Source: Phoronis australis
Taxonomy: Eukaryota; Animalia; Phoronida
Direction of reading: 5' to 3'
NCBI GenBank assembly: GCA_002633005.1
Contig: NMRA01000198.1
Coordinates: forward strand, 306,455-370,454
Length of the DNA: 64,000 bases
Part shown: in pieces, positions 47,501 to 61,525 of the stretch
How the letters are laid out: each line of letters starts with the position of its first letter
Numbering within the stretch: the stretch's first letter is position 1
Notes under the pieces: model-generated
What the model was told of the DNA's origin: nothing
Seen by the model: the letters and a program-made list of their open reading frames with translations, nothing else
Database searches by the model: none
Program-made: the position numbers and the translations under genes

Positions 47501-50500
47501 TTTGTTTGCAAAGATACTACACTTGAGAATACAGCACATAGTAATCTATACTCCAAAGAATTATTTCAGCAATTTGAGATATTTTAATGCATTTAATTTA
47601 ATTTAAGTTTCATTTGAGAACAAATGCTGGATAATCCTTTGCGAGTCACTTGCATGATCTCATTAAAAGGACATCATTTTTATGACCAAATAACACAATT
47701 TTGGCATTGTTGAACAGAATAGCTTTGACCCAAGTTATAGAACAAAATTCATTGTTATTGTGATTTGATTACAAATCACCAATTCTTGCCACACAGATGC
47801 TGAAATCAAAGCAGGTGACTGCTTAAACTACTCTGTTGTATACTGTGTGGGGTTTACCTCAGGTAGCAGTGTTTGGCTGTGGCATAAGAGTTTTGGATAA
47901 GATTCTGTGCAGGGACTAACTTCAGAAAAAAATAATCTCAATGGTAATGTCCCCATATCTATTTTAAGTTATCTGTCCTCTATTATTTCAGGGGAAGACT
48001 TCTATCATACTCAGGTTTCTTGATAGGTATGCTAATTTGTTATATCTTTGCCCTTGTCCTCGGTGATTCTCATTATTTATTGCACTTCTGGCCAAATATA
48101 GTGTGGAATCTCATGCATAGTAGACAAAAATGATTGCTCCAGCTCACCTGTTTTCATTTTTCAGCAGCTTCTAACATTGTTGTGAGTACCTGGAATATTT
48201 CAAAACAATGTCTGGTGTCAGTTATAGTGAACTAGAACTTCAAAAAATTAGAAAACATTTAATTTACTTTTCTACTAATTGTCTTTTATGAAAAAGAGAA
48301 AATGAATATCACTTGGTCTATACTGGGTCCTAAACTGGTGATATTTCACTATAGTTAGATACTTGATGCTTCTAGTCATTTTTAATTTGGTGCAGTTTGT
48401 GCCTTTTATGCTTGCAAGAACAATGTTAGTGTTATCACAGTCTTGTATTTTTATCTTAACCAGAGACGAAGTAGCCAGACCTACGACTGCCTTGGAGTAC
48501 ACATATGGAAGGAGAGCAAAGGGTCACAACATTGTAAGTTTTTTATTAACATACCCCCAGAAATCACACAGGCTCTCACTAACTCCCTCGCATACATTCG
48601 CTACTAAGACCGAGCTCAGAGGAGTTGGGAGTCACATTTGTGCAATGCTCGATTGTCAGCCAGTGAAGCCAGGATTCGAACCCAGGTCTCCCAAATGGGA
48701 GTTCAGAGCTCAAATCAGTGAACTCTTACTTTGTAGATGCTGATTAAAGGTTTAGATAAGTAATTGTGAGTGCATCACAGTCTAGAAAAAGGTGTAAAAT
48801 TATCTCGGTAACAAGCAGTTAGTTATGTGTATATTCTCAGAGATTTTGCATTTTCACTCTAGTCATATTTAATTATTTTCAGAAATGCTTGTGTGGAGCA
48901 TATGACCAAATTTCTGACTTAAATCTTTAAGTCACTTTTCATGAAACAGGCCCCTGTCTCCTGATATACATTCTGAACATGTCAATGCATTAAGTAGCCA
49001 TTGTCTTCAGGTATTGTTTTAAAACAACTAACAAAATTAACTAATGCAGTATAAAATTAGGTTTGTTTATTGCATGCTGATATTTTATATAACTCTGATG
49101 TTGCTTGTCTTGGAACTGCATCTGAAGATGATCAGAAAATATAGAAATGTTATTTGTTCCTAATGTGTTTTCGAGTCCTCTGAGTTTAAAACCTAAAATT
49201 TGTGACAAACTCCTGCCAATTCTAACCCAAGAATTTTTTGTGAATAATAATTTCTCTACAGTCGCTTTGTAACAACACAAACCAAGGAAGTAAGTGAATT
49301 TCCACTGAAGTGCTCAGAAAAAGTTGTTTGACCAGTTGCCATGGACTAAATGCATCACAATTCTGTTGTAAAATAATTCAGTTTGATACGCAGTACGACA
49401 TGGAAAGACAAATGTTGCTCATGTAAATGAGTACTTTAATGACATTACGATAGCACATGTACATAATGTCAGTTACCATGTTTTATACGCAGTTTCAACA
49501 GCTAATGATAAATATTTTTTCTGTTGTTGCAGGCTAAAGACATAGCCCATATATGGGAATTGGGGGGCGGGACTTGGCTGTCAAGACTGATGGATGTGCC
49601 ATTCAGTATTGATACTATATTGTAAGTATTGTAATCACAAATTTAAATAAATAAATAGAGTCTTCTCTATTGTTTTACTGTAATATTTTTTCTATAATTG
49701 GAGATGATTGATAAGACTTTGAGAAGATGTGGAAGAAGTTGAAATATCCAGCGACAGAGAGACTCGCCCTCATAAAATAAATGTCGCCAAAAGATTTTTG
49801 TGGAACACAATGCCACAGAGAAACCCTTAGTAGAAGTACAGACTGACATTTTCCTATCTAGTTAACTTGTGAATGAGATTTTCAATACTGCTGCACTGTT
49901 TCAGGTGCCTATGACACTGGTTCCAGTCTAGGAGACAGTGTGGTCTAGTGGTAACTACAACCTCTGGATTTAGAGATCATGGGTTCAAATCCCACAAGAT
50001 CACACTGCTGGTCCTTTGAGAAATGTCTCCTGCTCCAAAACACGCTTTGTATTCAAATGTATTGTATATGTTCTCAATTGCTTGAAGTTGCACATGTAAT
50101 GCGTATTATTCTGTTATGATCATTGTCACTATTATTGTTATCATTATTACTATTGTTATGTTGCAAAGTATTTGTATAAAAAATTCATGTGGTCTATTGG
50201 AGGTCAGCATCCTTTTAAAGTGCCATTAAACCTGTACTCTCTGTCAAGAAAAAACAAGTCGATTTTACCCTCGCAACTAATAAAAATAAAATTTCCGGTC
50301 ACACTGTGACAAACTATTATGAAGTTGGTCTGGAGAAATAATGAATTTTTAGTTTTTCCCCAGCCCAGAAATCACTTCTGAGTAAGAAACACAATAAGAC
50401 CAGTTTTATAACAGTAAGTGGCCTAAATCAAAACTTGTTTTTTGACAGAAAGCATGGGTTTAACGGGAATTATTGAGTTTAGTTGTAGTTGTTATGTGGA

Positions 50501-53500
50501 CTACTTTCCATTTAGAACAAGCTCATTGGCCATTGTTCTGGATCTCTCACTGCCCAATGAGATGTGGTTTACTTTGGAGAAACTGTTAGCTGCAGCCAAA
50601 CAACGAATCAACGACATCCTCTCATCTGCCAAACAGACACATCCAGATCTGAAAGAGAGGCTAACACAGAGAATGTGGGAGAGATTGGGGGATGACATTG
50701 TTGTAAGGGTTCTTATAGATACTAATTATAATCAAATTATTAAACACACGAAAACAAAGCCATAGACGCACCAAAGTGCGTTCAGTGATGAAGCACTGGA
50801 TACATCTACTAGGTCATGTGTTCAGAGAACTGTCTTGAATAGTTACTGTTTGCATGGGGTCTGTTTCATGAAAAGCAACTTAGACTGAAATTTTGTCTTC
50901 TGCTCCACACTACTATTTCTGAGAAATGATTAAATCTCACTCGAGAAAAAGTGCAAACTAAGTCTCTGAGAATGTACATGTAAGTATTACTGATAATTAC
51001 TAAGGGAATTTTTGTAAATCATTCCTGTAATGCGCTCATAATTACTTCACTAAACTTTTTTTCAGCAATTATGAAGTGGGAGCGAAGGACCAAATTTCTG
51101 TCATCTTAAGTCGCTTTCATGAAACAGGCCCTGGCCTGTGGAAATCTGATTTTTATGTCAGACATATTCACGTCGTAAAGCTTAGTACATTGGTGTCCAA
51201 TCTTATCCACCACCTCTACCATACACCCTACACCCCAAGAAGTTTTTCCTCTGACGCTGCAAATTCATTGAGATCATTTATATATCGGAACATGGTTTTC
51301 AATAGTCTTTTAACCAGAAATGCTGGGACAACACAAAGTGTATTGCGAGTTTGGTGAGAATGTGCTAGTGTTGCACAATATCTTTCTAGTGCTAGTCACC
51401 AGAGTATGCTTGCGACCGTATTGGAGGATATACTGGATGGCTAAGTTGGAAAGTTGAAACATGATATATATGCACTGAAGACTCTCAATCTGTCCTTTGC
51501 ACAATTCAAGTCTTATGTCACTCACATGTGTCACAGGTGGCACTATTGAATGTACCTCAGATCAGCCAATTGCATCGTTTCTGTGGCATGGATGTAGACA
51601 AAGAAATAATCACATCCAGTCGTTTTGCTGTCTTAAATCCTGTTACCCGTTTGATCTACGGTGTTTTCAATATCAGTTACTGTTTTAGGATAAAGACATG
51701 TTGGAACCTCTTCTTGTACCACTGGTCATTATTGGGAGTAAATACGACCTTTTTCAAGAGTTTGAGCCAGAAAAACGCAAGGTCATCTGTAGGACTCTCC
51801 GTTTTATGGCACACATTCATGGAGGAACATTGATTGTGAGTGGTCACTGACATTGTTTGGAATTGACAGAATATTCCCAGAATGCACTTTGATGTCATGT
51901 TGACGCGTTGAAAGACATTAAGCCATGGTGTTGCTAAATAGTTATTAATTATGGTAATTCTTAGCTATTTAGCACACAACATGGCTGACAAGTGAAAATT
52001 TGTTTTGTCAAATTTCTTCACTGAGAAAAATAAAGGTAATGAACATTTCAGTCTATTACTAGCGTGGTTTGGTCTCTGAATATTTCTCAAAACTGCACTT
52101 GTTACAGTTTCCACTATGTACAACAAATTACTGAGCCTTTGAAAAACTGAAAAATGGCAAATTTGGTTATCTTTTGTGCAAAACAAGTGGAGAACCACCA
52201 TAGTTGTGATTGAAAAATTTTTAAACAGAATTTGTGACATTGTAACTGTGAGGTATGCAGTGTCACAAAGTGTAGGCAACCAAATGTCCCTGTTATGTTG
52301 ACTTTGAATTTGTACTGGGTTCAAGATGCTTAGTTAACCGATTTTTGAACAATGAAGAAGTTCGGTTTTGAATCACGGATTTAATTTTTATAGCGCACAG
52401 TGTCTAAGTGGCAGAAAACACTTCATGAACTTGTCCGTGGGGAACATGTGATGAACATGCTCTGTAAATCAGATTCTGTCATCACATCTGGGTTTTATCG
52501 GCATTCTTTCAGACCCAGCTTCTATTGTAAGTTAGTGAAGGAGATTTCCTTGATAAGCCATGCTGGGAACTGCTGACTAATGCATAGATCAAAGCTTGGG
52601 TTTTGGTTGACAAAATCGTTATTACTTGACCAATTTTGAAAATTCAACAATCCGCCTAAGTCTAATTTTTTTGCTCATCTATTCAGATTTTATGGTTGTC
52701 CTGTCCCACTAAGAAAATTGAAAAGTACTGCCTCGATGCTTTGAAGCCTTTTGTTTAGATATGATCTCATAAAAAAGTAATTGCCCTCACTATGTGACCT
52801 AGTGAATAGAGTCACTCCTTTGATGACCAGCCTTGTAGTGGAAACGAAATGTGAATAGAACCACTCGAGCTGACAACATGACATTGGAGAAATTTAAAAG
52901 GTTTCTCCAAATTGATCTTTATCTTAAAAAGTTGATGTTTACAGCATAAAGAATGTTGCTAGAACAGGAAGTGGTTATCACTGACACTTATCTCTGTTTC
53001 CTAATCCCCAAACAAAAGCAACCAGTCATAGGTCCAGGTGTTGTTGTAAGCATAATCCCAAATTGGTATGGAACATTCATAGTGGCTGGTTGGTAGATGA
53101 GATGTAGCACCTAATGTGCTGATACAATGAATAATTGTTATATTCTTCCTCACAGTTCTTCAGTAACAGGCAAGAATCTCTGATGATGAAGACCAGAGCT
53201 GTTATCAGCAGCCATGTGTTTGGTACAGCCCCAGTGTAAGTTCTCATCATGTCACTTTTTGACATTTCTGTAGTGATGCAAATAGATTGCTACTGCATGA
53301 AGATTGTATTGGTCTTACGCACTTTAGTAAAAAATAGGCTGTTGGCCTGATGGTTTTTATGTTGCACCAGGTGTGCTTAGGCCACAAGACAGGGCACTTT
53401 GCTTTAATCACCTGATGTAGGTAATTTTTGCATCACTTTATGCTCATAGCTAGCTGTTGCAATGAGCCATATACAAAAGTCATTGTTAGCAGACCTTAAG

Positions 53501-56500
53501 CTGCTTTCGAACTTGTGATAGTTGTTGCCATGTCAGTTGTCACAGAGGGACTTGCTCCACTTTAGTTGCATTTACACGCAAACTGGATCAGTATGAGTCA
53601 CTTACACAACGACTATCTGCGCATGCTGGCATAAACAATAGCGAATCTCCAAACCACGTGGAATGCCAGGGAATCACCCTGGTCTCTTTCCCCCTTCCCC
53701 TACTTTGTGTTTATACATGTAGTTGAAGCTGGAGTAACTGATCGAGTACAACTCGCTCTACCCCTTAAACCGGTGTCAAAGATGGCCGCCGCTGTGTCAG
53801 CGTGCTCCATATCAGTCGTGTTTACGCACACACACTTGCACCCAATCAGCTGTTCCGTGTTAGTTGCTCTGTGACAGCTGTCTCTCATGTAAATGCAACT
53901 TTAGCCTTTGCTGTCATTTTCACCCTGTAGCATAAATAATAGAGGTGGTAATCTGTTAGGGAAGGTTTTCTGTGTTCTTTAAAATAAGCTAAGGGAAAGA
54001 TCCCTATGTCTTAATGTTGGTGAGTTTTACTTTGAAGTTGAGTTAGATTCACAAGCTGATGCTGGTAAATTTCATGCATAAGATTACTGACACGGGTGAT
54101 GGGTTTAGTGACTCAAGGCCCAAGATCAAGGCTTGGGTCTCAGTTATTTTTTTCAATTGCAATCAAATTTGAACTCAAAATTATTTTTAACATTTCCATT
54201 TTACCTTAGTACAAACTCATTATAAATGTCTGTTGTCCTGTGCTCAAGTATAGTGTGGTTTAGTTTTTACTCGAGTTTGTAGCTGAAATCTGCCAGTGGG
54301 GGGTCATCAAGTGTAAATTAGGACTACACACTTGTTTGAGTAATCCATAACACACTTAGGCACGAAATAATAGAAATTTGTCTTTAGTATGTATTAAAGG
54401 AAGCTGGAAAATGTTAAAAATAGTTTGAATTGGAGTAAAAAAATTAGGCCCTCTGCCCTTATTTTCATACTCATATTAAACTTAGACTCAGACTTTGGTT
54501 GATTTGTTCCAATTTTATGAGCTAACTTGCAAAGTGTGCTGTGCAATTGATCAATGTTTTCAGCACAGAAATTAGACTTCAGACCGAGACATAATACTAT
54601 TATTTTGTTATTTTAGGAAAAACATACAAGCAGATCACAACAAACCCATTGTTGTCCCTGCTGGCTTTGATGCACTGCAAAATATTGGTAAGTACGTCTG
54701 TCTTTTATTTAGTGACATATCTGTTTAATGGCTTATCTTGTTTTTTTTTGTGCACTTCCCTTTGCATTCAACTTTGCATGCTTTAGGTGTGTTTGTAATC
54801 TGATTGTGGGGTATGTGTACAAGCCATGTCACCCTGTTGTGCAACGGTGCAGTAAAGAATGCTGACAGTGCTGCCACTCTTTGTTCACAAGTTCCCACAG
54901 AATTAAGAACTCATGAAATAAAATGTAAATATATGTGTGGCTATTCAGATCCCAACTGTTGTAGCTCACTGATCATTTACTCAAAATTCACTAGGTGGCG
55001 CCAGTATAATAGAGGTTTCTATGTAGAAATGCATCATGTGGGAACCTTATCCTATGAATGCTCCCATGTTGATCAATTGTTTTCTGCTCATAATCTATTT
55101 AAAAAAGGACCTCTCTTCATTAGTGAGCATGGAGGTGCCCATTGGGAATTGACTTGTACAATATGCGAGTGATTTATTGGAACATGACTACTGATCTGAA
55201 TATAAATTAAAACAAATTATATAAAAAGTTTCACAGAATTGTACTAAATACCTCTGCGTTGAGTAATCTATATTGCCAACTACAAACTGAAGGCCAAACT
55301 TCTCGGTGATTTCTGGTACTATCTTGTCTCCAGGCAACTCTTTACCATTTCAGGTTCTCCTCCATTGCCAGACGGTGACATCGGGAAGATAACCGCAAGG
55401 TAACGCCTTATGATTGTAGGTTTGAAAAACTTGTTCAGTGGGCACAAGGCTGACAGAAAAAATGTAAAGAGTAGTGGTAAAATTTCATTCAAAAGTGGTT
55501 TATAATTATTGTGCAATACAAAACATACAAGGACAATATTTATAAACCCAGAAATGCATGGAGATGTGATAATGTAAGTGAAAGTTGTACAAAGAAAGCA
55601 CAAAAATTTTGAGACATCCAAACCAGATCAAGTTTGAGTCTAATGCTGGAATAGAAAGTCACAAAAATTAGCGACGTTGCGTTCGGATCTCACGGACTTC
55701 AGCTTGGCTTGTGACGTTATCGTTATTCTGGCCAATTGGTGGCATTTTGACCAGACGGCGCGGCATTGACGTCAAAACACCATCCCATATGTGTGACACA
55801 TCGAATCTTAAACCGCCTCTTTTATTTAAAGAGGGACTCTCAATGCGCTCATGGAGAGTTGAACCAGTTGGCTGTGGATGATAAACCACCTCAAGAGGAC
55901 ATTTAAACAGTTTGACATTTCTATCATCCACAGACCATTTAATTTTCTCCGCAGCCAACTGGTTCATGTTAAGTACAAGAAACCCAAGGTTAATAAATCA
56001 TTTGTTGTCTATGGTGTCCATTTTAAGGATCCCAGTGCTCAGACAGTTACATTGGTGAAACGAAATAGTCTACAAAAATGCATATGTCACAACACCGTCG
56101 TCCTAGTTACTAGTTATGATTCGGCTATTTTCAGCCACCTATGCACCACTGGTCATGATTTCAGTACTGATGATGTCACTATCCTAGACTTTGAGGAAGA
56201 CTGGTTCAGAAGGGGTGTAAAGGAAGCTCTCCATGAGCGCATTGAGAGTCCCTCTTTAAATAAAAGAGGCGGTTTAAGATTCGATTTGTCACATGTATGG
56301 GATGGTTTTTCTGACGTCAATGCGGTACCGTCTGGTCAAAACGCCACCAATTGGCCAAAATAACAATAATGTCACAAGCCAAGCTGAAGTCCGTGAGATG
56401 CGGACACAACGTCGCTAATTTTTGTAAGCTTTTATTCCTCAAACTTGATCTGTACACAGAAAGTGTAAGCTGAATAAGGGTCATCCCATTACAAAAATAA

Positions 56501-57710
56501 ACAAAACAAGCAAAGACAAAGTTTGCCAAAGGCTTTCACAATTGAAATCAAGAAAATTACATATGTTGTGAGCAAGATGTAAAAACTTATAATATATGGC
56601 TAAACAAAATTTGTCATGAAAAGAATCACTACCATTAATACATTTTATTTTCTCAAGGCCGTTGTTACAATTAGTTAAGAGTAGTATACATCTGTTGATT
56701 TCCCTCGAGTCTCCTCAAAAGTATGATTGTCCTTTTGATTTACATGATTGCCCGGTTGGAAAATATGAGCACAAGATTGGAGGTCACCACCTTAATTGCA
56801 ATATGGGGAGTTGTTATTGAAACTATGATCTGTACAAAGCAATAACAATGTTATGTTTCCAACTATCACCATTAATGATTTTATACATATGATAATGTTC
56901 TGTTTCAGATCACCAATAGAATTGTGGAAGCAAGCATATACTGCGTATTTCCCTCAAGAGGTGAGAATCGTGATTTTTACCTCGTTTGGGTTATGGAAAC
57001 AGGTTTTTAAATTTTCTGAATGAATTTCTTACTGCTGTCATTTGTTTGACCATGATATATTCATCTCAACAACAATTTTAATAAAAAGTGTTATGGGAGA
57101 CTTTTGAGGAAATTTGCAGCACAGGTTTCAATCAGTTAGACTCTGCTGAAGATTTGTCATCACACCTGGACAGCATGCATGCGCAGTGAGGACATTTCAG
57201 AAAGTGTGCAATTGTTTGAATTCAATAGGTGTTTGTATCAGTGAACAGGAAGCTTTTGGGGGATTCTTCTTTCTGGTTGTGCAGTGTGCTATACAGTTGG
57301 TGTCAACCAACTCTTTGTAAAATTTTGACTACTTTCTGCATGGCGGTCGCCTTTGAAAAGTGAACAAATAGTGATGTTGCTGTAATTATTTTGTGCAAAA
57401 TGACTGAAAAGTTGCCGTGGTATTGTACCCTCAAAAGTCGTCTGTATTGAGGTAAAACGAATTATGTATCAATTCAATTTTGCTCATTATATACATTTTC
57501 TTCCCAAATTCAACGAATGATAACTATTTCTTACAGACCCTGAATGACCCTTCTATGGTCGATGACCCCAGTAAAGACATACAGTTTGCTGAGCCGGCCA
57601 TTGATGCAATGAGAGTACAGAAGAATGAAGAGTTGGAAAGATATCGACGAGCGTGCGAACGGAAAATGCACGAGGCACAACAACGAGCCATGATGGAAGG
57701 AGTGGCATAG
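44544..57710 (+). CDS. DYNC2LI1: Cytoplasmic dynein 2 light intermediate chain 1, ~355 aa, 13 coding exons
   Basis: Exons: 44544-44554, 46078-46127, 47242-47297, 47992-48026, 48464-48533, 49533-49621, 50516-50702, 51689-51835, 53156-53235, 54617-54687, 55354-55399, 56909-56960, 57537-57710; GT-AG, phases consistent, 1068 nt. Motifs SLWDIA, P-loop [98 protein letters not shown]. The 11-nt first exon is the least certain. Confidence 0.94.
48540..48725 (-). mobile_element. tRNA-derived SINE-like fragment (different family)
   Basis: Minus-strand B box GGGTTCGAATCCTGG at ~48669-48683; boundaries uncertain. Confidence 0.45.
48770..48956. mobile_element. Partial copy of the 50856-51133 MITE family
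   Basis: Ends in GTGTGGAGCA..GACCAAATTTCTG..TTAAGTCACTTTTCATGAAACAGGCCCCTG; left boundary uncertain. Confidence 0.6.
49931..50036 (+). mobile_element. Diverged tRNA-derived SINE head
   Basis: GGAGACAGTGTGGTCTAGTGG...GGGTTCAAATCCCACAAGATCACACTGCT; A and B boxes and body match the family. Confidence 0.7.
50856..51133. mobile_element. MITE with GGG(T/C)CTGTTTCATGAAA termini
   Basis: GGGGTCTGTTTCATGAAAAGCAACTTAGA ... TCTTAAGTCGCTTTCATGAAACAGGCCC; a second right end of the same family lies at ~48890-48956. Confidence 0.75.
53564..53900. mobile_element. MITE, PIF/Harbinger-like
   Basis: TIR AGTTGCATTTACACG / CATGTAAATGCAACT (14/15) with TTA-like flanks; no ORF. Confidence 0.7.
55624..56452 (+). 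mobile_element. Penelope-like element remnant (GIY-YIG C-terminus) with inverted copy of its 3' end, in a DYNC2LI1 intron
   Basis: ORF 55878-56363 has VVYGVH..., SAIFSHL..TGHDF....[18 protein letters not shown]......[10 protein letters not shown]. 55624-55858 is the reverse complement of 56227-56452, an arrangement typical of Penelope insertions. Confidence 0.88.
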
Positions 57711-60700
57711 GGATCATTTATTGTGCACTGTTATTTATGGACATAAAATTTTAAAGAATTAAAGATTTATTTGATACAGCACACAGCAAAACTGGCGTAA
57801 GTCAGATCTTTGCTGAACACGGCAAAAGTTTTTGATGCCGTTGTTCTTAATTAGTTTCTTGAGAAAAGTTGGATTTCACCACTCTGGTTAAGGTGACTTT
57901 TTCATGTTTTATTGTGCTACTTAGTTACGGTTCAACATTATTGCCAAAAAGTAAAAATACCATCATTTGACCATTTAGGCCCAGTTGCATGAATGCATTG
58001 GCAGGTTTAGGGGGTTCTCCCAGCATGAGCCCAAAACATTGCTGACATGCTGTTTTAGGCACTGCAAAAATGTTTGCTTAAGATTGGCTGGTGTAACTGT
58101 ATGAATTACATAACAACAATGCCGCATGTTTTCCGGTGAATTTTTATGCAATCCAACCTAAAACTGTCTTTAGTTCCAGTGAATTTCATTCAGTATTTCA
58201 ATGTGGCTTACCAGTCTGGCTTGCTCCAGTGCAAAGTGTTCTTTGAACAAGCATAATGGCCAAACTGCTTGATGTCTTCATACAAACAAGATGCTTTGAT
58301 TCCCGGGTGTTCCTAAGATTTTTTAGTTACTGTTAAATTGTTGAATTAGTCAAGGTGACCATTCTCTACAAAATACGTTGTTTGGGGTAGTGTTGATGTA
58401 AAGCCTATTTTGTTTTGTTACATTTTTATTGACTCGTTGCTAAGCAACTAAATGAGCACATTTTGCCAAATCTAATTCCATATTTTATCCTATATGTCAA
58501 ACAGATTTCAATGAATATTTTAATAAACTATGGTAATATACACAATGGCAGTGGTAAAATTACCCTTTGACTGTTCAGGTAAAGAATCTTGGCTTTTTAA
58601 ATTACTGCTGTCAGTATTCCATCAAGACTAATGACACGTCATATTTGATGTGGATGACATGGAATAGTACTTCTTTTATTTCACCACCACCATCACCACC
58701 ACCCTGTTACCGACAAAATGCCCCTAACATACTGTGTTCAAGGTTTGCAGGACAAACCTTTATTCTTCAAAAAGTGGTTACCACCCTACCCCTTGATCTA
58801 TCAGTCTGTTTCGATGGCAATGTGTTATGTGGAGGATAAGTGAAATTATATTTTGTCAAATTTCTCAATAAAAATAAATCTTTTCGGAAATTTTACTTTG
58901 CTTTTAGCAAGTTTTGTACAGTACAACTCTCACCATCAACAAATAATATTTGCTGAAATTTCGAGCATTTGATGTGATGTAGTAAGCTTTTGAAAGTAGA
59001 AAATTAGCATTTTTTTATCCCAAATGGAAGACTTATTTTCGAAGGAAATTCAAAACTGGCATAAGACTGTGTATATATAATGAAAATTCCTTAACAATGT
59101 CTTTTCGTCAGGACATCTTCAAATATTTACCAATCCTTATCTCAAGAGCAAAAATGAAATTGAGCTGAAATCTGATTTCAAAATTTCGTTCTGCCTTGTT
59201 TGTAAATAAATAGATTTTTATTTATATGATATATATGAATATGTATATATGCACACTATCAGCATCAGCTTTATGGCCTAAAACTTTTTTTTTATTATTG
59301 CTGCTTGGGATAAATTTCGTGCAGCTTTGACGTGAGCAATAAGACTAAAAAGTGCTGTGTTTCTGTGATTTTTATGGAAAAAAGTTCAGGTTTTTCTTTG
59401 CAAGCATTTTTCTGTCTAAATGTTTTCACAGAATAAACCTGTATCAGATGTCCACAAAAGTCTATATTATAGCTTCACGTTCACAGATATTAAGGAGTGT
59501 ACTGAGTTTGTTGGTTTGACAACGATTATTCTCAAGAACACAATAACTGAACATTCCAAAGATGCCAACAATGCCGTATTCAATCAAACCACAGTGTTAC
59601 ATTTAAAGACAGTGTAAAATGAGCCAACTGCCTTTTAGATATGTTAAATACTGTACTTTTGTGCAACATATCTTTGTACCGTTTTATTCCAGGCAACCAC
59701 TAATTAATTACTACACATTTTATGCCCCCAGCATTATGTGCCCCCAATGGAAATCCCTCTCACTTTCTTGACCTATCACAGTCGACAGGTGAATTCAATC
59801 ATCTTTGTGACCAGCACATTACCACACTAACCACAGCCTGAACAGCTGATCGCCTACAGGGACAGTAAAAAATTAAGTAGTTTGCTCAAAGAACGTCACC
59901 AATTAGAAGCAGTTGCCGACTTAAGGCATCAGTGTTGATTGATGACGCAATTACTAACTAAAACAATTGTGTTAGGTCAAGCACCCTTCGAACCCAACAC
60001 ACTGAATAGGGTAGATCACTGATAGGGCGCTATCGATTCACTCGCAGCGAACCGAGTTTGGTAGTATTTGCACCCACGTAAAACGCCAAACAATAGCTAC
60101 GTTTCGTACTAAATCTGACAACGACGATCGTGACTCAGAAATATGGCCGATTAACGGTGTGTGTGAATTTACGTCTCATTTATATCGCAAAAAAAAACAA
60201 ACGTGGAGATGACGAACCTTGGCCATTACATGCCAAACGACGGTCATAACTTGTCTTGCAGCAGAATAATAATAAGTCCTCTTCTCACCTCTACACACCT
60301 CTACTCACCTCAAAAACAGTTACGCCTGCCTCTATCTTTGGGATTCCTTTGCAGGTTTTTCATTCAATTTTGAATGACAGTGTTGTATTAGCTAAATGAC
60401 AACGCCTTGCTTTGGATAGTTTCAATGTATTCTGTGCCATCTTTATGATATTAAAAACACTACTGGGATTACATTGCAATCGTGTGTGCATTTCAACGTT
60501 CCACGTAATCTTGTCTACAGAAAGCAAGCATCAAAAAATTTAGACACCATTTGAGCATTTGTTGCAATACTTTATTTGTCTAAGGTTATAGTGTAGGGGG
60601 ATAGATTGTTTTTCAAATGAAAATAATTCATAGCATACCACACTTCCCATCGAATCTTACATGTTTTATTATTACATTGTTATTATTATTACATGTATTA

Positions 60701-61182
60701 TTATTACATGTAGCTCCCAATTGATTAATGCAGCAGAACAACTGTGTAAGTCGGGGTGTTGCGATGTTGCAATTTAAAGATACATGCACCAGATTTCAAA
60801 ATGTACTAGACAAACTTCAACAGAAGTCTCCGAGACGGCCAAATTTGGAAAAATCTTTCTAGAATAATTTGTTAGTTTAGTCGATTTTTTGTCAGGCTTG
60901 AATTTGTCTAGTCGCTTATTATTTGTCTGTGAATGGACTTACGCAGTAACTTGTGGCAAATTCGACTACGCGCAAGGAGCAACATCTCCTTAGTTTTTGT
61001 TGAGATTTAGCTACAATTCAGTGGATTGGTTTCTATTCGAAAAGAAACACATATTTTATTAGAACAATTATTTATATCTTTTATGCTGTATTGTAATTTG
61101 TTGTTATGTTGGAGAAAGTAGAAACTTAGGCCTGTCCATGCAGATATCGTTAAGGCAAAGTTACATACATATGTACGTATTG

Positions 61183-61525
61183 ATTCTAGATCATGACATG
61201 AATAGAACCAACCTGTTAATCCGTGAAGCCTTGCCCGTCAATGAGCAACAAGCTGAGTACAGCTTGAATAGGAACATAAGGGCTTTCAACCTTCAGTTCT
61301 GGTAGTTGATAGCTGAATTCATTTCACTGGATGTCTCTCTACTTGTCTCTTGTATTATGCACTTTGATGTAAAGTTGTTTGTTATAGTGAAGTGATATAG
61401 AGCATGACTCATACCTGATTATGATTTAAATCGAAACGTTGATCATGAACACCGCTGATGATGATTTAAATCGAAACGTTGATCATGACCACCGCTGATG
61501 ATGATTTAAATCGAAACGTTAATCA
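61183..61525 (+). mobile_element. Penelope-like element 3' fragment
   Basis: 61183-61305 translates ILDHDMNRTNLLIREALPVNEQQAEYSLNRNIRAFNLQFW*, matching the ILD...L.I.EA....SLNRN tail of PLE GIY-YIG endonucleases; followed by hammerhead-like repeats. Confidence 0.7.
61403..61525 (+). ncRNA. Three tandem 40-bp minimal hammerhead-ribozyme-like motifs
   Basis: Unit CTGATGA-T-GATTTAAATC-GAAACGTT; cores at 61415 (mutated, CTGATTA), 61455 and 61495. Stem II is a palindrome and AACGTT after GA is palindromic. Stem I pairing is not evident, so activity is unproven. Confidence 0.6.

Noticed and set aside
57800-61100. Additional gene downstream of DYNC2LI1
   Set aside because: Only short low-complexity ORFs and no consistent exon chain; likely 3' UTR and intergenic DNA.
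61403-61525. 40-bp repeats with internal palindrome ending in GAAAC, resembling a CRISPR array
   Set aside because: No unique spacers, no cas genes, eukaryotic context; better explained as PLE hammerhead-like repeats.
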